DNA of 64,000 bases from Rhodanobacteraceae bacterium (GTDB lineage Bacteria > Pseudomonadota > Gammaproteobacteria > Xanthomonadales > Rhodanobacteraceae): contig PLNP01000040.1 in NCBI GenBank assembly GCA_003142815.1, positions 3,672 to 67,671 of the forward strand, given 5' to 3'. Both the position numbers and the translations under genes were made by a program. Below, piece after piece: positions 8,584-18,496 of the stretch; positions within the stretch are counted from its first letter, which is position 1, and each line of letters begins with the position of its first letter. Under the pieces are notes generated by a model. The model made no database searches. It saw nothing but the letters and a program-made list of their open reading frames with translations, and was not told the origin of the DNA.

Positions 8584-9885
8584 TCAGGGAAAGTGGTCGA
8601 TGCGCCGGCATTCGGTCCCGTACCGGCGGGTGGCGCTCAGCAGGTTCAGCCCAAGCAGGGCGAAGTCGGCCAGCCACATTACTGCGGCCGGGCGCAGCAG
8701 GGCCGGCAGCAGCACTGCGGCCAGCAGCACCGCCAGCGCTGCCAGGTGCAGGTAGAACTGCTGCCGGCTGCGCGGTTCCGGCAGTATCGACTTCATGTTC
8801 GGCAGGACGATGCGGTGGCGCACCTCGATTCGGGTGGCGAGACGCTGCTGCAGATGCAGCCAGACCAGGAACGGTACGATCTTGTAGAGCATGCCGTTGA
8901 CCACCGACAGCGCGAAGCCGAGCAGGAACAGCAAGGTCGCCGCCAGGGCCAGGCTTGCCGCCACCGCAGGCGGCGCCAGCCGGGACGCGGCGCCGATCGC
9001 CGCCGCCAGCAGCAGCCCCGCCATGCCCAGTCGCCAGAAGTAGAGGCTGGTGTCGCCGACCTTGCGTCGGCGCTGAGCCAGCAGGCGCAGGGTGATCAGC
9101 GCAAAGATGGCCAGCGCCGCCGCCAGCAGCAGCGCCGGCAGCTGCGCCAGCGGCCAGCCACGCAATACCGCCAGCGAGTGCCAGCCCAGCAGCGCGAACA
9201 TGCCGGCCGCCAGCCAGCGGCGCAGCCGCGGCGGGTAGGGCGGCGTCATCTGGAACATCGGCACCAGCTGCCAGGCTACTACCGCGACCAGGGTCGCGAT
9301 CCAGCCGAGCAGGCCCCAGGCCAAGTGCAGGTCGGTCAGCGGCCAGCGCAGCAGCGGCAGCCCAAGGCCACTATGGCCGAGCCCGAGCGACAGGCCGAGA
9401 CCAACCGTCAACGCCAAGCCGAGCAGGGCCCAGCGCATCCCGCGCACGCTGTCCTGCAAATGCGGCGCCCGTGCCAGGCCAAACCCCATCACCGCCAGGA
9501 ACCCGCCGAGGCCAAGTCCAAGCAGCACCACCGCCACACGGAAACCATCCTGACCGACGCCCAGGAAGCCGGCTGCCAGACTCAGCGTACCCAGCACCAG
9601 CAGGCCATGGCACAGCCCGCCAACCAGCCGCGGCCGCGTCACCCGCACCCCGGCCAGCACCGGTAGCATCTGCAACAGCGCCCCGCACATCACCATGGCC
9701 AGCACGCCGAGCACCAGCAGGTGGCTCAGCGCCAGCGCGCCCACGCTCCAGCGCGACGCCAGCACGTCGGGGCCGAGCCACAGCAGCAGGCCGGCGGCGG
9801 CCAGGCCGAACAGCGGCGCGCTCAGAAAAAAACGCAGCGGCACCGACAGTGGCGGCGCCTGTTCCAGCGACAGTCCCGCGTTCAC
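8584..9885 (-). CDS. Polytopic membrane protein with His-containing helices (NnrS/heme-copper-oxidase-I-like uncharacterised family)
   Basis: About 12 hydrophobic segments; SHLLVLG...GALLQMLPV, HLAWGLLGW and GMLYKIVPFLVWLH; GTG start. Confidence 0.65.
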   Translation of the reverse strand: MNAGLSLEQAPPLSVPLRFFLSAPLFGLAAAGLLLWLGPDVLASRWSVGALALSHLLVLGVLAMVMCGALLQMLPVLAGVRVTRPRLVGGLCHGLLVLGTLSLAAGFLGVGQDGFRVAVVLLGLGLGGFLAVMGFGLARAPHLQDSVRGMRWALLGLALTVGLGLSLGLGHSGLGLPLLRWPLTDLHLAWGLLGWIATLVAVVAWQLVPMFQMTPPYPPRLRRWLAAGMFALLGWHSLAVLRGWPLAQLPALLLAAALAIFALITLRLLAQRRRKVGDTSLYFWRLGMAGLLLAAAIGAASRLAPPAVAASLALAATLLFLLGFALSVVNGMLYKIVPFLVWLHLQQRLATRIEVRHRIVLPNMKSILPEPRSRQQFYLHLAALAVLLAAVLLPALLRPAAVMWLADFALLGLNLLSATRRYGTECRRIDHFP

Positions 9886-10142
9886 TCGTCGCCTGCCGCT
9901 GCCTGCAGATCACCGGCGCGCCAGACCAGCAGCTCGCAGCGGCCCTCCACGACCGCGACCACCCGCCAGTCGAAGCCGCGCTGCTGAAGCATCGAAAACA
10001 GCGGCAGCGGTTCCCGGCTGACCAGCGCACGCAGGCGCTGACCGGGGAGCAGCCGGTCGCTGCCGGCGAGGATCCGCTCCATCGGCTCGCATGGCGGCAG
10101 GCCCCGCACGTCGAGGTTCAGATCGGTGGCTGCCATCGCCAT
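9882..10142 (-). CDS. DUF2249 / TusA-like small protein
   Basis: LDVRGLPPCEPMERIL...REPLPLFSML pattern; coupled to neighbours by overlaps. Confidence 0.75.
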   Translation of the reverse strand: MAMAATDLNLDVRGLPPCEPMERILAGSDRLLPGQRLRALVSREPLPLFSMLQQRGFDWRVVAVVEGRCELLVWRAGDLQAAAGDE

Positions 10143-10570
10143 CAGTGCGCCTGCATGCGTTCCAGCAACGCCTCGGCACGGTCGGCCAGGGCGCGATCGC
10201 ACATCGGATAAAGCATCTGCTCTTCCTTCATGTTGTGCTGCTGGATCAGGATGTTGAGGGTTTCACCGAAGCCGAGGAAGTCGTCCAGCTCGCCGCTTTC
10301 CAGCGCCTGCCGCATCTGCGCCATCATCGCCCGTATCTGCTCGTGTTCCATGCGCATCACCGCAGTCGGGCCGCCGGCCATGCCGCTGCGCGCCTCGAAT
10401 TCGGGAAACAGCACACTCTCCTCGATCGACAGGTGCTGCGCCATCGCCGCTTCAAACTCGGCGTAGGCCGCGCGGGCGGCATCGCGGTCGCCGTCATTGG
10501 CAGCGTTTTCGGCCTTGGCGAACAGCCCGTCGCAGACGCGATGATCGGCAGTGAGGAAGTCGGTCAGCAT
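10142..10570 (-). CDS. Hemerythrin-like domain protein
   Basis: DHRVCD, HLSIEESVLFP, MRMEHEQIR and QHNMKEEQMLYP His/Glu di-iron motifs. Confidence 0.88.
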   Translation of the reverse strand: MLTDFLTADHRVCDGLFAKAENAANDGDRDAARAAYAEFEAAMAQHLSIEESVLFPEFEARSGMAGGPTAVMRMEHEQIRAMMAQMRQALESGELDDFLGFGETLNILIQQHNMKEEQMLYPMCDRALADRAEALLERMQAH

Positions 10571-11646
10571 GGCGGGGCCTCGTGCGTTCGGATAGCACAA
10601 GACTCTGGCACACGGCCGCAGCGCTGGCCTTGCTCTGCATCAAGCCGTTGCACTTGTGTCTGCAGGCGTGCCGCCAGTGACAGCGCGATGGCGGCGGCAC
10701 CGCGGCCGCCCAAGGGCAGCCCGGCCGGCGACTCCAGCCACCCACCCAGGCGTTCGCGGACACTGCCCGGCAGCGTGGCGAACAAGTCGTCACGCCGCGA
10801 TTCCGGGCCAATCAGGCCGATATAGCCCGGCAGCTGCGGCCAGCCCGCCAGCGTCGCCAGCACCTCGCGGTCGTGGCCGAAGTGGTGGGCCATGACCAGC
10901 ACGGCGTCGTAGCGGCCGCCCTCGGTCGGAGTAACCGGCAGCAGGCGTTCGACCTGGGCCCTGCAGGCGGCCCAGTCCGAGCGCGGCTCGATCAGATCCA
11001 CCCGCCAGCCGAGCTCGTCCAGCAGCGGCAACAGGATTTCGCTTTCCGGCCCGGCACCGCAGATCAACACCCTCGGCAGCGGCGCCAACTGCAGGGCCCA
11101 GATGGCGCCATCGGTTTCCGCCGCCGCGGTCCCGACGTCCACCGGCAGGGACCATTCGGCCTGCAGGGCGCCGGTCTGCATGCACAGCCGACCCTGCGTG
11201 GCGTAACTCAGCCGCAGCGCTTTGCCATGTTCACGGTAGCTGGCCAAGATCGGGTGCAGGCCGGGCAGCGCCGCCAGCGGCAGCACCACCACCCGCTGCC
11301 GGCCACGGCATCCGGCGCCGGAGCCGGAAAACACATCGGACAGATCACGGTTGTCGAGGTCGAGCAGGCGCACCCGGCCATCGGCCTGGGCGGCATCGGC
11401 CGCCGCCAGCACATCGCCTTCGAGACAGCCCGGACTGACCCAGCCGCAGCGTCGGCCCGCGGCGCTGAAATGGACCAGGGTTCCCGCTTTGGCATAGGCA
11501 TGGCCGGCGACTTCGAGCACCAGCGCCAGCGCACCGGGTTGCGGCTGGCCGATATCCTCGAGGCAGGCGTCGAGCGCCGCCTTGCTGGGCGCACCGGGGG
11601 CGTGGCGCGCTGGCAGTACTGATTCCGGGTTCATGGGGGTGATCAC
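10564..11646 (-). CDS. xdhC: XdhC/CoxI family molybdoenzyme maturation factor
   Basis: GHAYAKAG, GWVSPGCLEGD, GAGCRG, ICGAG, YIGLIGPESR and PAGLPLGG motifs. Confidence 0.85.
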   Translation of the reverse strand: MITPMNPESVLPARHAPGAPSKAALDACLEDIGQPQPGALALVLEVAGHAYAKAGTLVHFSAAGRRCGWVSPGCLEGDVLAAADAAQADGRVRLLDLDNRDLSDVFSGSGAGCRGRQRVVVLPLAALPGLHPILASYREHGKALRLSYATQGRLCMQTGALQAEWSLPVDVGTAAAETDGAIWALQLAPLPRVLICGAGPESEILLPLLDELGWRVDLIEPRSDWAACRAQVERLLPVTPTEGGRYDAVLVMAHHFGHDREVLATLAGWPQLPGYIGLIGPESRRDDLFATLPGSVRERLGGWLESPAGLPLGGRGAAAIALSLAARLQTQVQRLDAEQGQRCGRVPESCAIRTHEAPPC

Positions 11647-11671
11647 GGCGGGTGAGGGTGGTTGCCGCGCG

Positions 11672-11970
11672 CTAACCCGCCAGCGGCTCGAAGCGTGCGA
11701 TCAAGTGCCGCAGCGCGGGCGGCTCGTCGGTGATCCGGTAGCCGCGCAGCTCGCCAACGCGGGCCGCGACCTCGGCCCAGATCTCGATGACGTAGTCGAT
11801 GTGGCTCTGGGTATAGGTACGGCGGGGAATGGCGAAGCGGACGAGGTCGAGGGCGGCGGCTGTTTCGCTGCCGTCGGGGTGGCGGCCGAACATGACGGTG
11901 CGACCTCGCAGCTGCGGACGCCGCCAGCCTCGTAGAGCGCGATGGCGAGCGCCTGACCGGGGTACTGGCG
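11672..11970 (-). pseudogene. tnaA: Tryptophanase / tyrosine phenol-lyase C-terminal fragment with a 1-bp deletion
   Basis: YPGQALAIALYEAGGVRSCEV in one frame continues as TVMFGRH...LVRFAIPRRTYTQSHIDYV in another; GTC GC ACC near 11900 where GTC GGC ACC is expected; no 5' part present. Confidence 0.75.
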
Positions 11971-12109
11971 GAACGTGGCGTAACCGGTGAATTGCACGCA
12001 TCATCTTCTGATTCTGACTCCTTTTGATCCGAACCGCCTCGCCTCGCGAGGCGCCATGTAAACAGAACACCCCGCATGGAGCAGTCAGCCCACCTATCTG
12101 GAAGGCTTG

Positions 12110-12185
12110 GCGTAAAACGCATTGCGCGCCAATCGATCGAGCTTGGCAACCACCAAGGTCGCGCCGTACTGATGACACGCATCGA
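12110..12185 (-). pseudogene. Serine recombinase (resolvase) fragment
   Basis: Minus-strand translation ACHQYGATLVVAKLDRLARNA matches the resolvase DRLAR motif; no start or rest of gene. Confidence 0.65.
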
Positions 12186-12493
12186 TGAACGTCAGCGGTA
12201 CCGCAACGCGCCGGCGCAGCGTCGCCTCGCATCTTTGGATTTCGCGACCAGTTCACCTGATCGCTCAGCACGTCACGGCGCGACCGCTTCCGGCCGAGGT
12301 TGTGTGAAAACACAAAAACTGCGTTGCGGCGATAGAAAATCGTTCTGTTGAGCACGCTGGAAGGCGGTTGAAGTGACGTACACGAGGCGCGGGTGATCGA
12401 ACCGATCGTGAGTTTTTCGGAATTTGGTTTGCCGATGTGCTCCCGCGACCGCTCGCGCAATGCGGCGGCATCCATCCATGTGGAGAGCGTTCC

Positions 12494-12932
12494 ATGAAAC
12501 TGACAATGTTGTTCGCAACGGCACTGGTATGCACAGTCAGCGCGCAGGCAATCGCAGGCGACGCGCGGTCGTACTAAGGAGGGCACGGTTGGCGAAATCA
12601 CGTTCGTCAAGACCAAGCCCGGAAAGTTCGATGCCTATGTGAAGTATCTGGACACTACCTACAAGCCGGAAATGGAGGCACTGAAGAAGGCGAAGATTAT
12701 TACCGGCTACGCGGTGTACCGGGCTCAGGCGCATAACCAGCACGATGCCGACCTGATCCTCGAAGTCACCTATACGAATATGGCCGCGCTGGATAATCTT
12801 GCCGAACGCAGTGACGCCATCAACGAAAAGCTTGAGGGCAATCTCGACAAGCAGAACCAGGGCTATGCCGACCGCGAATCGATTCGTGAAATCCTTGGGT
12901 CGGAATACGTCCGCGAGCTGATTCTCAAATAG
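12494..12932 (+). pseudogene. Conserved secreted hypothetical protein disrupted by a +1 frameshift
   Basis: RBS GGAGAG, then signal peptide MKLTMLFATALVCTVSAQAIA, TAA at 12575; the +1 frame continues KEGTVGEITFVKTKPGKFDAY...ELILK to 12932. Confidence 0.7.
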
Positions 12933-12949
12933 AACCGCGCTCTGCCCGG

Positions 12950-12995
12950 AACGACTGGCCCCCCACCGCACCCCCACTGGGCCAGTCGTTTTTTT
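12950..12995 (+). terminator. Rho-independent terminator
   Basis: 12-bp perfect stem AACGACTGGCCC/GGGCCAGTCGTT followed by a T tract. Confidence 0.75.
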
Positions 12996-13329
12996 CCCCT
13001 TCACTCCGATTGATTTCGAGATGCAGGCAGGTGGCTGTTGATGCGCCCTGCGATGTGACCAGGAAACGCATGCTCTGGTCGGTTCACGCTGACCGGAGCC
13101 GTGGACTCCAACGCCATCTGCGGGCTATGCGCTTTGCAGTTGCCCTGGCCATTTGTGAACGAGCAGCGATGGCCGGTTTATGTCAAGCAGCCAACGCTCG
13201 ATGATTTCCGAGCGGCTATAGGGTTGGCTTGCGACCTCCGACGCACGCACTCGGTCTGGTCCCCTGACGACTTCGCACCCTTGGCGCTGCGCGCTCCGCT
13301 TGCCGAGCGCTTCGGTATCCTTTGCGACA

Positions 13330-13875
13330 ATGGCCCACACCTATTTCTTCGCGCTGTTCCCCGATGCTGCCGCGCTCGACCGCGCCGAGGAAGCGGCCGA
13401 CACGCTGCAATCCGTGTGCGCGCTGCGCGGGCGCCGGATTGTTCGAGCGCGCCTTCACCTGACGTGGCACTTCATCGGCCGGTTCGCCGAACCGAATCCC
13501 GAGATGGAATCACGCGCGCTCGCGGCCGGCGATCGCCTCGCCTGCGCGCCCTTCGTCGTGTTGCTCGACCGCGCGCTGACCTTCGGACGCGAACGCGGCT
13601 CCGCGCCGTGTGTGTTCGAAACTTCGACACCGCCCGCCGCGTTGTTGTCGGCGGCGGATGAACTGCGTCGCGCGATGGGAGGCGCTGCGGCGGTACCTCA
13701 CGCCGACCATCCATTCCGTCCGCACCTCACCTGGCTTTACAGCCCTGACCGAATCGCCGAGCCCCTGGCCATCGCGCCGATTTCATGGCGAGCGGTCGAG
13801 TTCGCGCTGGTACACAGGGTGTCGGGCGAAGCGACCTACCGCATCGTCCGCCGTTGGTCGCTCAAGATCGCGTGA
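13330..13875 (+). CDS. 2H phosphoesterase (2'-5' RNA ligase / ThpR-like)
   Basis: YFFALFPD N-terminus, two HLTW (HxT) motifs and EFALVH. Confidence 0.8.
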   Translation: MAHTYFFALFPDAAALDRAEEAADTLQSVCALRGRRIVRARLHLTWHFIGRFAEPNPEMESRALAAGDRLACAPFVVLLDRALTFGRERGSAPCVFETSTPPAALLSAADELRRAMGGAAAVPHADHPFRPHLTWLYSPDRIAEPLAIAPISWRAVEFALVHRVSGEATYRIVRRWSLKIA

Positions 13876-14019
13876 GCGGTCAGAGGTCGATCTCAAACTT
13901 GTCGGACGACGGCAGGCGCCGGTCCATCTCCAGCATCATTTCGCCAAGTTGGCGGAGTTGATTGCGTTGGAGGCCGACAAACGCTTGCGCGTCGCCATAC
14001 GCCGCTGCCAAGCCCACGG

Positions 14020-14350
14020 CCATCCGTCGGCCAATCTCGTCGAGATGCTGGACGCGGCCTCGCTGCGTCGCTTCGACTTCAAGGTGAAGTTCGACTATCT
14101 GGCCCGTGACCAGCGCCGCGCGATGCTGCTCCGGATTGCCACGGACGCAACCGACGACGACCACCAGCGCGCCATCGCCCAGATCGACCGTCTCAGTTAC
14201 CTGACGCCGGGTGATTTTGCGAACGCGCTGCGACAACTGCGCGTCATCGGCGAGGCGCCGACCGCGATGCGCTTGGTGGAATTGCTAGCCAGCGAGGTGG
14301 CCATCAAGCCCGAGGCACGCCGGCGATCCATCGGGTTTGTCGCCGCATGA
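14020..14350 (+). pseudogene. AAA ATPase C-terminal fragment
   Basis: NL.EMLDAASLRRFDFKVKFDYL, LTPGDFA and terminal IGF motif; no Walker A/B upstream. Confidence 0.7.
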
Positions 14351-14462
14351 GCACGCCATTCGTAAACGACTGGCCACGCCGACTGCGAAATACACGACAG
14401 CGCAGGTGGTATTGCCATCATCCGATCTGGTCAGAGCGGTGGCCGCCTGTGCTCGCGATTAT

Positions 14463-15428
14463 TCACGAGTCTTTGACTGCGATCCGCAAACCCTGGTGCC
14501 GCCGCCGCCGCCAAGCCAGCACTCCGAGTCCAAGCAGCAATACAGTAGCCAGCAGGCCCACCATGGAACTGTCGATGGCCCACACTGCGGACACACTGCT
14601 GGTCTGGTGACTGTAGAGGTCGATCCATTCGTGCAGTGCGACGGTTAGCGCGAGGCACACCGAGATGCCGGTAATCAGCGTATTGAGGCGCAGCGTACGA
14701 TCGCGGTCTGCAATCGCCCAGTCGTATAGACGCAGCATGAGAAGGCTCTGCAAAGTATCCATCGACGCCATGCCTGCTGCGAACAGCAGCGGTAGCATCA
14801 TCACGGCCAACAACGGAATTCTGCCATCATGCGCGGCGACCACCGAGATCGCCAGCAGCGCGACTTCGCTGGCGGTATCGAAGCTTAGCCCGAACAACAT
14901 GCCGAGCGGGAACATCTTCCAGCTGTGGTCGGTGTTGCGCGCAATTCGACCTAGCCCGAAGCCGTGACGGTGCTCCTTGCCTGAATGCCGATCACGCAGC
15001 ATGGCTGCAAAGAAGCGCAGGTTGGCCAATCCGATCAGGGTCAGGAAGACGGCCGACACCAGGCTGCCGAACAGCGATCCCCAGTCCGACAACTGCGGCA
15101 GCAATACGCCAATGTGGTGAGCTGCGACGACCGCAACGGCGGTCAGCAGCAGGACGACGGTGGAATGCCCGAGTGAAAAGAACAGCCCGACGCCGGCTGG
15201 GCGTTGCCCCTCGGCACGCAGGCGGCGTGTCACATTATCAATCGCGGCGATATGGTCGGCGTCGAAAGCATGCCGCACGCCGAGCAGATAGGCGATCATC
15301 CCAACACTCAATCCGACCGCGCCGAAGCCACCGAGCCATAGGGCACCACCACCCGCCAGCAGGTTGAGCAGCAACAAGGCTGCCATGACTGTTAGCACGC
15401 GCTCGCGCAGCGATGAGTTCGCGCGCAT
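14463..15428 (-). CDS. hoxN: High-affinity nickel/cobalt permease (NiCoT, HoxN/NixA family)
   Basis: RHAFDADHIAAID, FFSLGHS and FGLSFDTASE signature motifs. Confidence 0.92.
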   Translation of the reverse strand: MRANSSLRERVLTVMAALLLLNLLAGGGALWLGGFGAVGLSVGMIAYLLGVRHAFDADHIAAIDNVTRRLRAEGQRPAGVGLFFSLGHSTVVLLLTAVAVVAAHHIGVLLPQLSDWGSLFGSLVSAVFLTLIGLANLRFFAAMLRDRHSGKEHRHGFGLGRIARNTDHSWKMFPLGMLFGLSFDTASEVALLAISVVAAHDGRIPLLAVMMLPLLFAAGMASMDTLQSLLMLRLYDWAIADRDRTLRLNTLITGISVCLALTVALHEWIDLYSHQTSSVSAVWAIDSSMVGLLATVLLLGLGVLAWRRRRHQGLRIAVKDS

Positions 15429-15431
15429 GGC

Positions 15432-17174
15432 CTATTGCACTTTGACGCGGATCAGTTCCTCACCGTCCGGATCGACGACGTGGACCGCACAGGCGAGGCA
15501 GGGATCGAAGCTGTGGATCGTGCGCAGTATCTCGAGCGGTTGCTTGGGATCATGCAGGCTCTGCCCTTTCAACGCGGCCTCGTAGGGACCCTCGTTGCCG
15601 GCCGCATCGCGAGGTCCCGCGTTCCAGGTGCTCGGCACGACCGCTTGGTAGTTAGAGATCCGCTCGTCGTCGATCACGATCCAGTGCGCCAGTGCGCCAC
15701 GCGGCGCCTCAGTGAAACCGACACCCTGGGCATGCCGTGGCCAGCTCGACGGTTCCCACAGCCTCTCGTTGAACGTGCGCACATCGCCGGCTTTGATGTT
15801 CGCCATCAGCTTTTCGTACCACGATGGCATTGCGTCAGCGAAAATCTTGCACTCGAGCGTGCGCGCCGCCGTGCGGCCCATGGTCGAGTACATCGCTTCC
15901 AGCGGCAGGTCGAGTTGGGCCAGTGCCTTGTTCGCCAAATCCTTGGTTGGCTCATGGCCGCTGGCGTAAAGCATCAGCACCCGCGCCAGCGGCCCGACCT
16001 CCATCGCGTTGCCCTTCCAGCGCGGCGATTTGAGCCAGGAATAGCTGGCTGAGGTGTCCAGGTTTTCGTATGGTGGCTTGGGTCCCGAATAGGCCAGCCG
16101 CGTTTCGCCGCGATAGGGGTGCAGACCTTGCACCTTGCCGCCGTCGTAGTCGTACCACGAGTGTGCCACGAATTCCTGGATATCCTCTTCTTTGGTGAGA
16201 TCGACTTCGTAAATCCGACTCAGATCCCGGCCGAGAATCGCACCACGCGGAATCATGTACGTCTTCAAATCCGCCGATCCGTCGGCCGGGAAATCGCCGT
16301 AGGTTAGGAAGTTGCCGGTGCCCTCCCCACAGCCCTTCTTGAACCAGTCCTTATAGAACGAGGCGATTGCCAGCGTGTCCGGCACATAAACCTGATCAAC
16401 GAACATGCGCATCTGTTCGATAATTTCTGCGACCTTCTGTAGACCCACCGCGTTGACCGCAGTGCTGCCCGTGCCCTCGCCCGAGTGCACGCTGATGGCA
16501 GCCGGGCTGCCGCCGACGAGGAAATTCGGATGCGGATTCTTGCCGCCGAAGATGGTATGCAACTCGGCCACCTGACGCTGCCAGGCCAACGCATCCAGGT
16601 AATGCGCCACCGCCATCAGATTCGCCTCCGGTGGCAACGCGTAGCCGGGGTGTCCCCAGTAGGCGTTTGCGAAAATCCCGAGTTGCCCGGATTCGACCAG
16701 CTTCTTGACGCGGTTCTGCACATCGGCGAAGTAACCGGGCGAGGAGCGCGCGTAGCTCGATATGGATTGGGCCAGCGTAGATGTCGCCTTGGGATCGGCC
16801 TTCAGCGCCGACACCACGTCCACCCAGTCGAGCGCATGCAGATGATAAAAGTGCATGACGTGGTCGTGCACGAATTGCGCAGCGATCATCAGGTTGCGGA
16901 TCAGTTGGGCATTGACCGGGATCTCGTACTTCAGCGCATCCTCGACCGCGCGCACGGAGGCGATGCCGTGAACCAGCGTGCAGACACCGCAGATGCGTTG
17001 CGCGAAGGCCCAAGCGTCGCGAGGGTCACGACCGCGCAGAATGATCTCGATTCCGCGCACCATGGTGCCGGAGCTCGATGCCCGCGTGATGACGTTGCCG
17101 TCGGTTTCCGCTTCGATCCGCAAGTGCCCTTCGATCCGCGTAACCGGATCGACGACGATGGTCTGGGTGCTCAT
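15432..17174 (-). CDS. hynL: [NiFe]-hydrogenase large subunit (group 1, Hyn/Isp-type)
   Basis: VDPVTRIEGH, L1 QRICGVC, L2 DPCLACAVH plus a cleavable C-terminal tail. Confidence 0.95.
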   Translation of the reverse strand: MSTQTIVVDPVTRIEGHLRIEAETDGNVITRASSSGTMVRGIEIILRGRDPRDAWAFAQRICGVCTLVHGIASVRAVEDALKYEIPVNAQLIRNLMIAAQFVHDHVMHFYHLHALDWVDVVSALKADPKATSTLAQSISSYARSSPGYFADVQNRVKKLVESGQLGIFANAYWGHPGYALPPEANLMAVAHYLDALAWQRQVAELHTIFGGKNPHPNFLVGGSPAAISVHSGEGTGSTAVNAVGLQKVAEIIEQMRMFVDQVYVPDTLAIASFYKDWFKKGCGEGTGNFLTYGDFPADGSADLKTYMIPRGAILGRDLSRIYEVDLTKEEDIQEFVAHSWYDYDGGKVQGLHPYRGETRLAYSGPKPPYENLDTSASYSWLKSPRWKGNAMEVGPLARVLMLYASGHEPTKDLANKALAQLDLPLEAMYSTMGRTAARTLECKIFADAMPSWYEKLMANIKAGDVRTFNERLWEPSSWPRHAQGVGFTEAPRGALAHWIVIDDERISNYQAVVPSTWNAGPRDAAGNEGPYEAALKGQSLHDPKQPLEILRTIHSFDPCLACAVHVVDPDGEELIRVKVQ

Positions 17175-18496
17175 GCTGCGTTCCCCGCAGTACCAGCCAG
17201 ATTATCGGCGACCAGTTCCAGCAGGCTGCGCGGCGTTTTCTCCCAATTGAAGTGGCTCCGGGCGTCGTCGAAAGTGCGCCGGCAGTCCGAACAACTGGTG
17301 ATGAAGGTCGACGCACCGGTGTCGTCGACCTCGCGCAGTTTGTTCTCCATCGCCCGATAGCGCAGCGGCGCGGCGCGCTGGATATCCACTACCCCGCCGC
17401 CGCCGCCACAGCAGAAACTGAACGCGCCGTGATTCTTCATCTCGTGCAACTCGACACCCATCGCCTTCATCAGCGTTCGCGGCGCGTTGGTGACCCCGCC
17501 CTTGCGCACGAGCTGGCAGGGATCATGGAACGTGGTTGCGCCGGTTTCGGCCGTTCGCAGCGTCAACTTGCCCAGTTGTAACTGTTCGGCGAGGAATTCG
17601 GTGACGTGGCGCACCTTGAACGGTAGCGGCTTGCCATACAGGTCCGCCGCTTCCCAGCGCAGCGCCGTGTAGGCGTGACCGCACTCGGGCACGATCAGGA
17701 GCTTGGCCTTGCAGGCCAGGGCCTCGTCGATCAAGCGCAGGCTGATCTGGCGCTGCCATTCCTTGCCGCCGGCATAGTAGCCGTAGTTCTCCGCCACCAG
17801 GCCGTCGCTGCGAAACGTGCAGGAAACGCCCAGATGCTGCATGACTCGCGCCAGCGCCGCGACCGCTTTCGGATAGTGTTCGATGTCGGTGCGCGGCACG
17901 GTCAGCATCACCTCCACGTCGGACTTGTCCAGTGGGATCTCCACACCGAACTCTCGTCCAATGGCAAGCAGCTTGTCGCGATACGGCTCGGCGCTGTCTT
18001 CCGGCTGCCCGGTCCGTTTCTGATTGGCTGCCTTTTCGTAAAGCTCCGTCGGCGCCAAGCCGGCCTCGAACATGGCGTGCCGTGCTTGTTCGATCAGCGC
18101 AGAGACATCAATGCCCATCGGACAGATCAAGCTGCAGCGGCCGCACATGTTGCAGCTATCGAACAGCAGGTACTGCCAGTGCTCGAGTTCGTCCGCGGTC
18201 ACCTTCTTCTTCAGTCCAAGCCACCTGAACACCGGCGCGAACGCGCTAGATTCTCGCTTGTAGGCTTGTTTGAATGGTTCCACTTTCCAGATCGGCGTGT
18301 ACTGCGGATCTTCGGTGGCGATGTAGAAATGACAGGCGTCGGCACAGATGCCGCAGTGGATGCAGGACTCCATGCGGAACGCGCTGAGCGCGCCGATCTC
18401 AAGCGCGAAGCCGCGCATTGCGCCGGCGACGCGCGCCTCGGGACTCCTGGCTTCCTCCAGCGCGAGGTTGGCACTGAGCGTTGCCGTAATGCTCAT
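17171..18496 (-). CDS. isp2: Isp2: HdrD/DsrK-like Fe-S protein with CCG domains
   Basis: CIHCGICADAC, CNMCGRCSLICP, PECGH, FHDPC, FCCGGGGG and TSCSDC; lies between small and large subunit genes. Confidence 0.88.
   Translation of the reverse strand: MSITATLSANLALEEARSPEARVAGAMRGFALEIGALSAFRMESCIHCGICADACHFYIATEDPQYTPIWKVEPFKQAYKRESSAFAPVFRWLGLKKKVTADELEHWQYLLFDSCNMCGRCSLICPMGIDVSALIEQARHAMFEAGLAPTELYEKAANQKRTGQPEDSAEPYRDKLLAIGREFGVEIPLDKSDVEVMLTVPRTDIEHYPKAVAALARVMQHLGVSCTFRSDGLVAENYGYYAGGKEWQRQISLRLIDEALACKAKLLIVPECGHAYTALRWEAADLYGKPLPFKVRHVTEFLAEQLQLGKLTLRTAETGATTFHDPCQLVRKGGVTNAPRTLMKAMGVELHEMKNHGAFSFCCGGGGGVVDIQRAAPLRYRAMENKLREVDDTGASTFITSCSDCRRTFDDARSHFNWEKTPRSLLELVADNLAGTAGNAA

Noticed and set aside
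11672-12616. 314-aa minus-strand ORF as an intact gene
   Set aside because: Only the last about 75 residues are recognisable (tryptophanase); the rest is chance open frame across unrelated scraps
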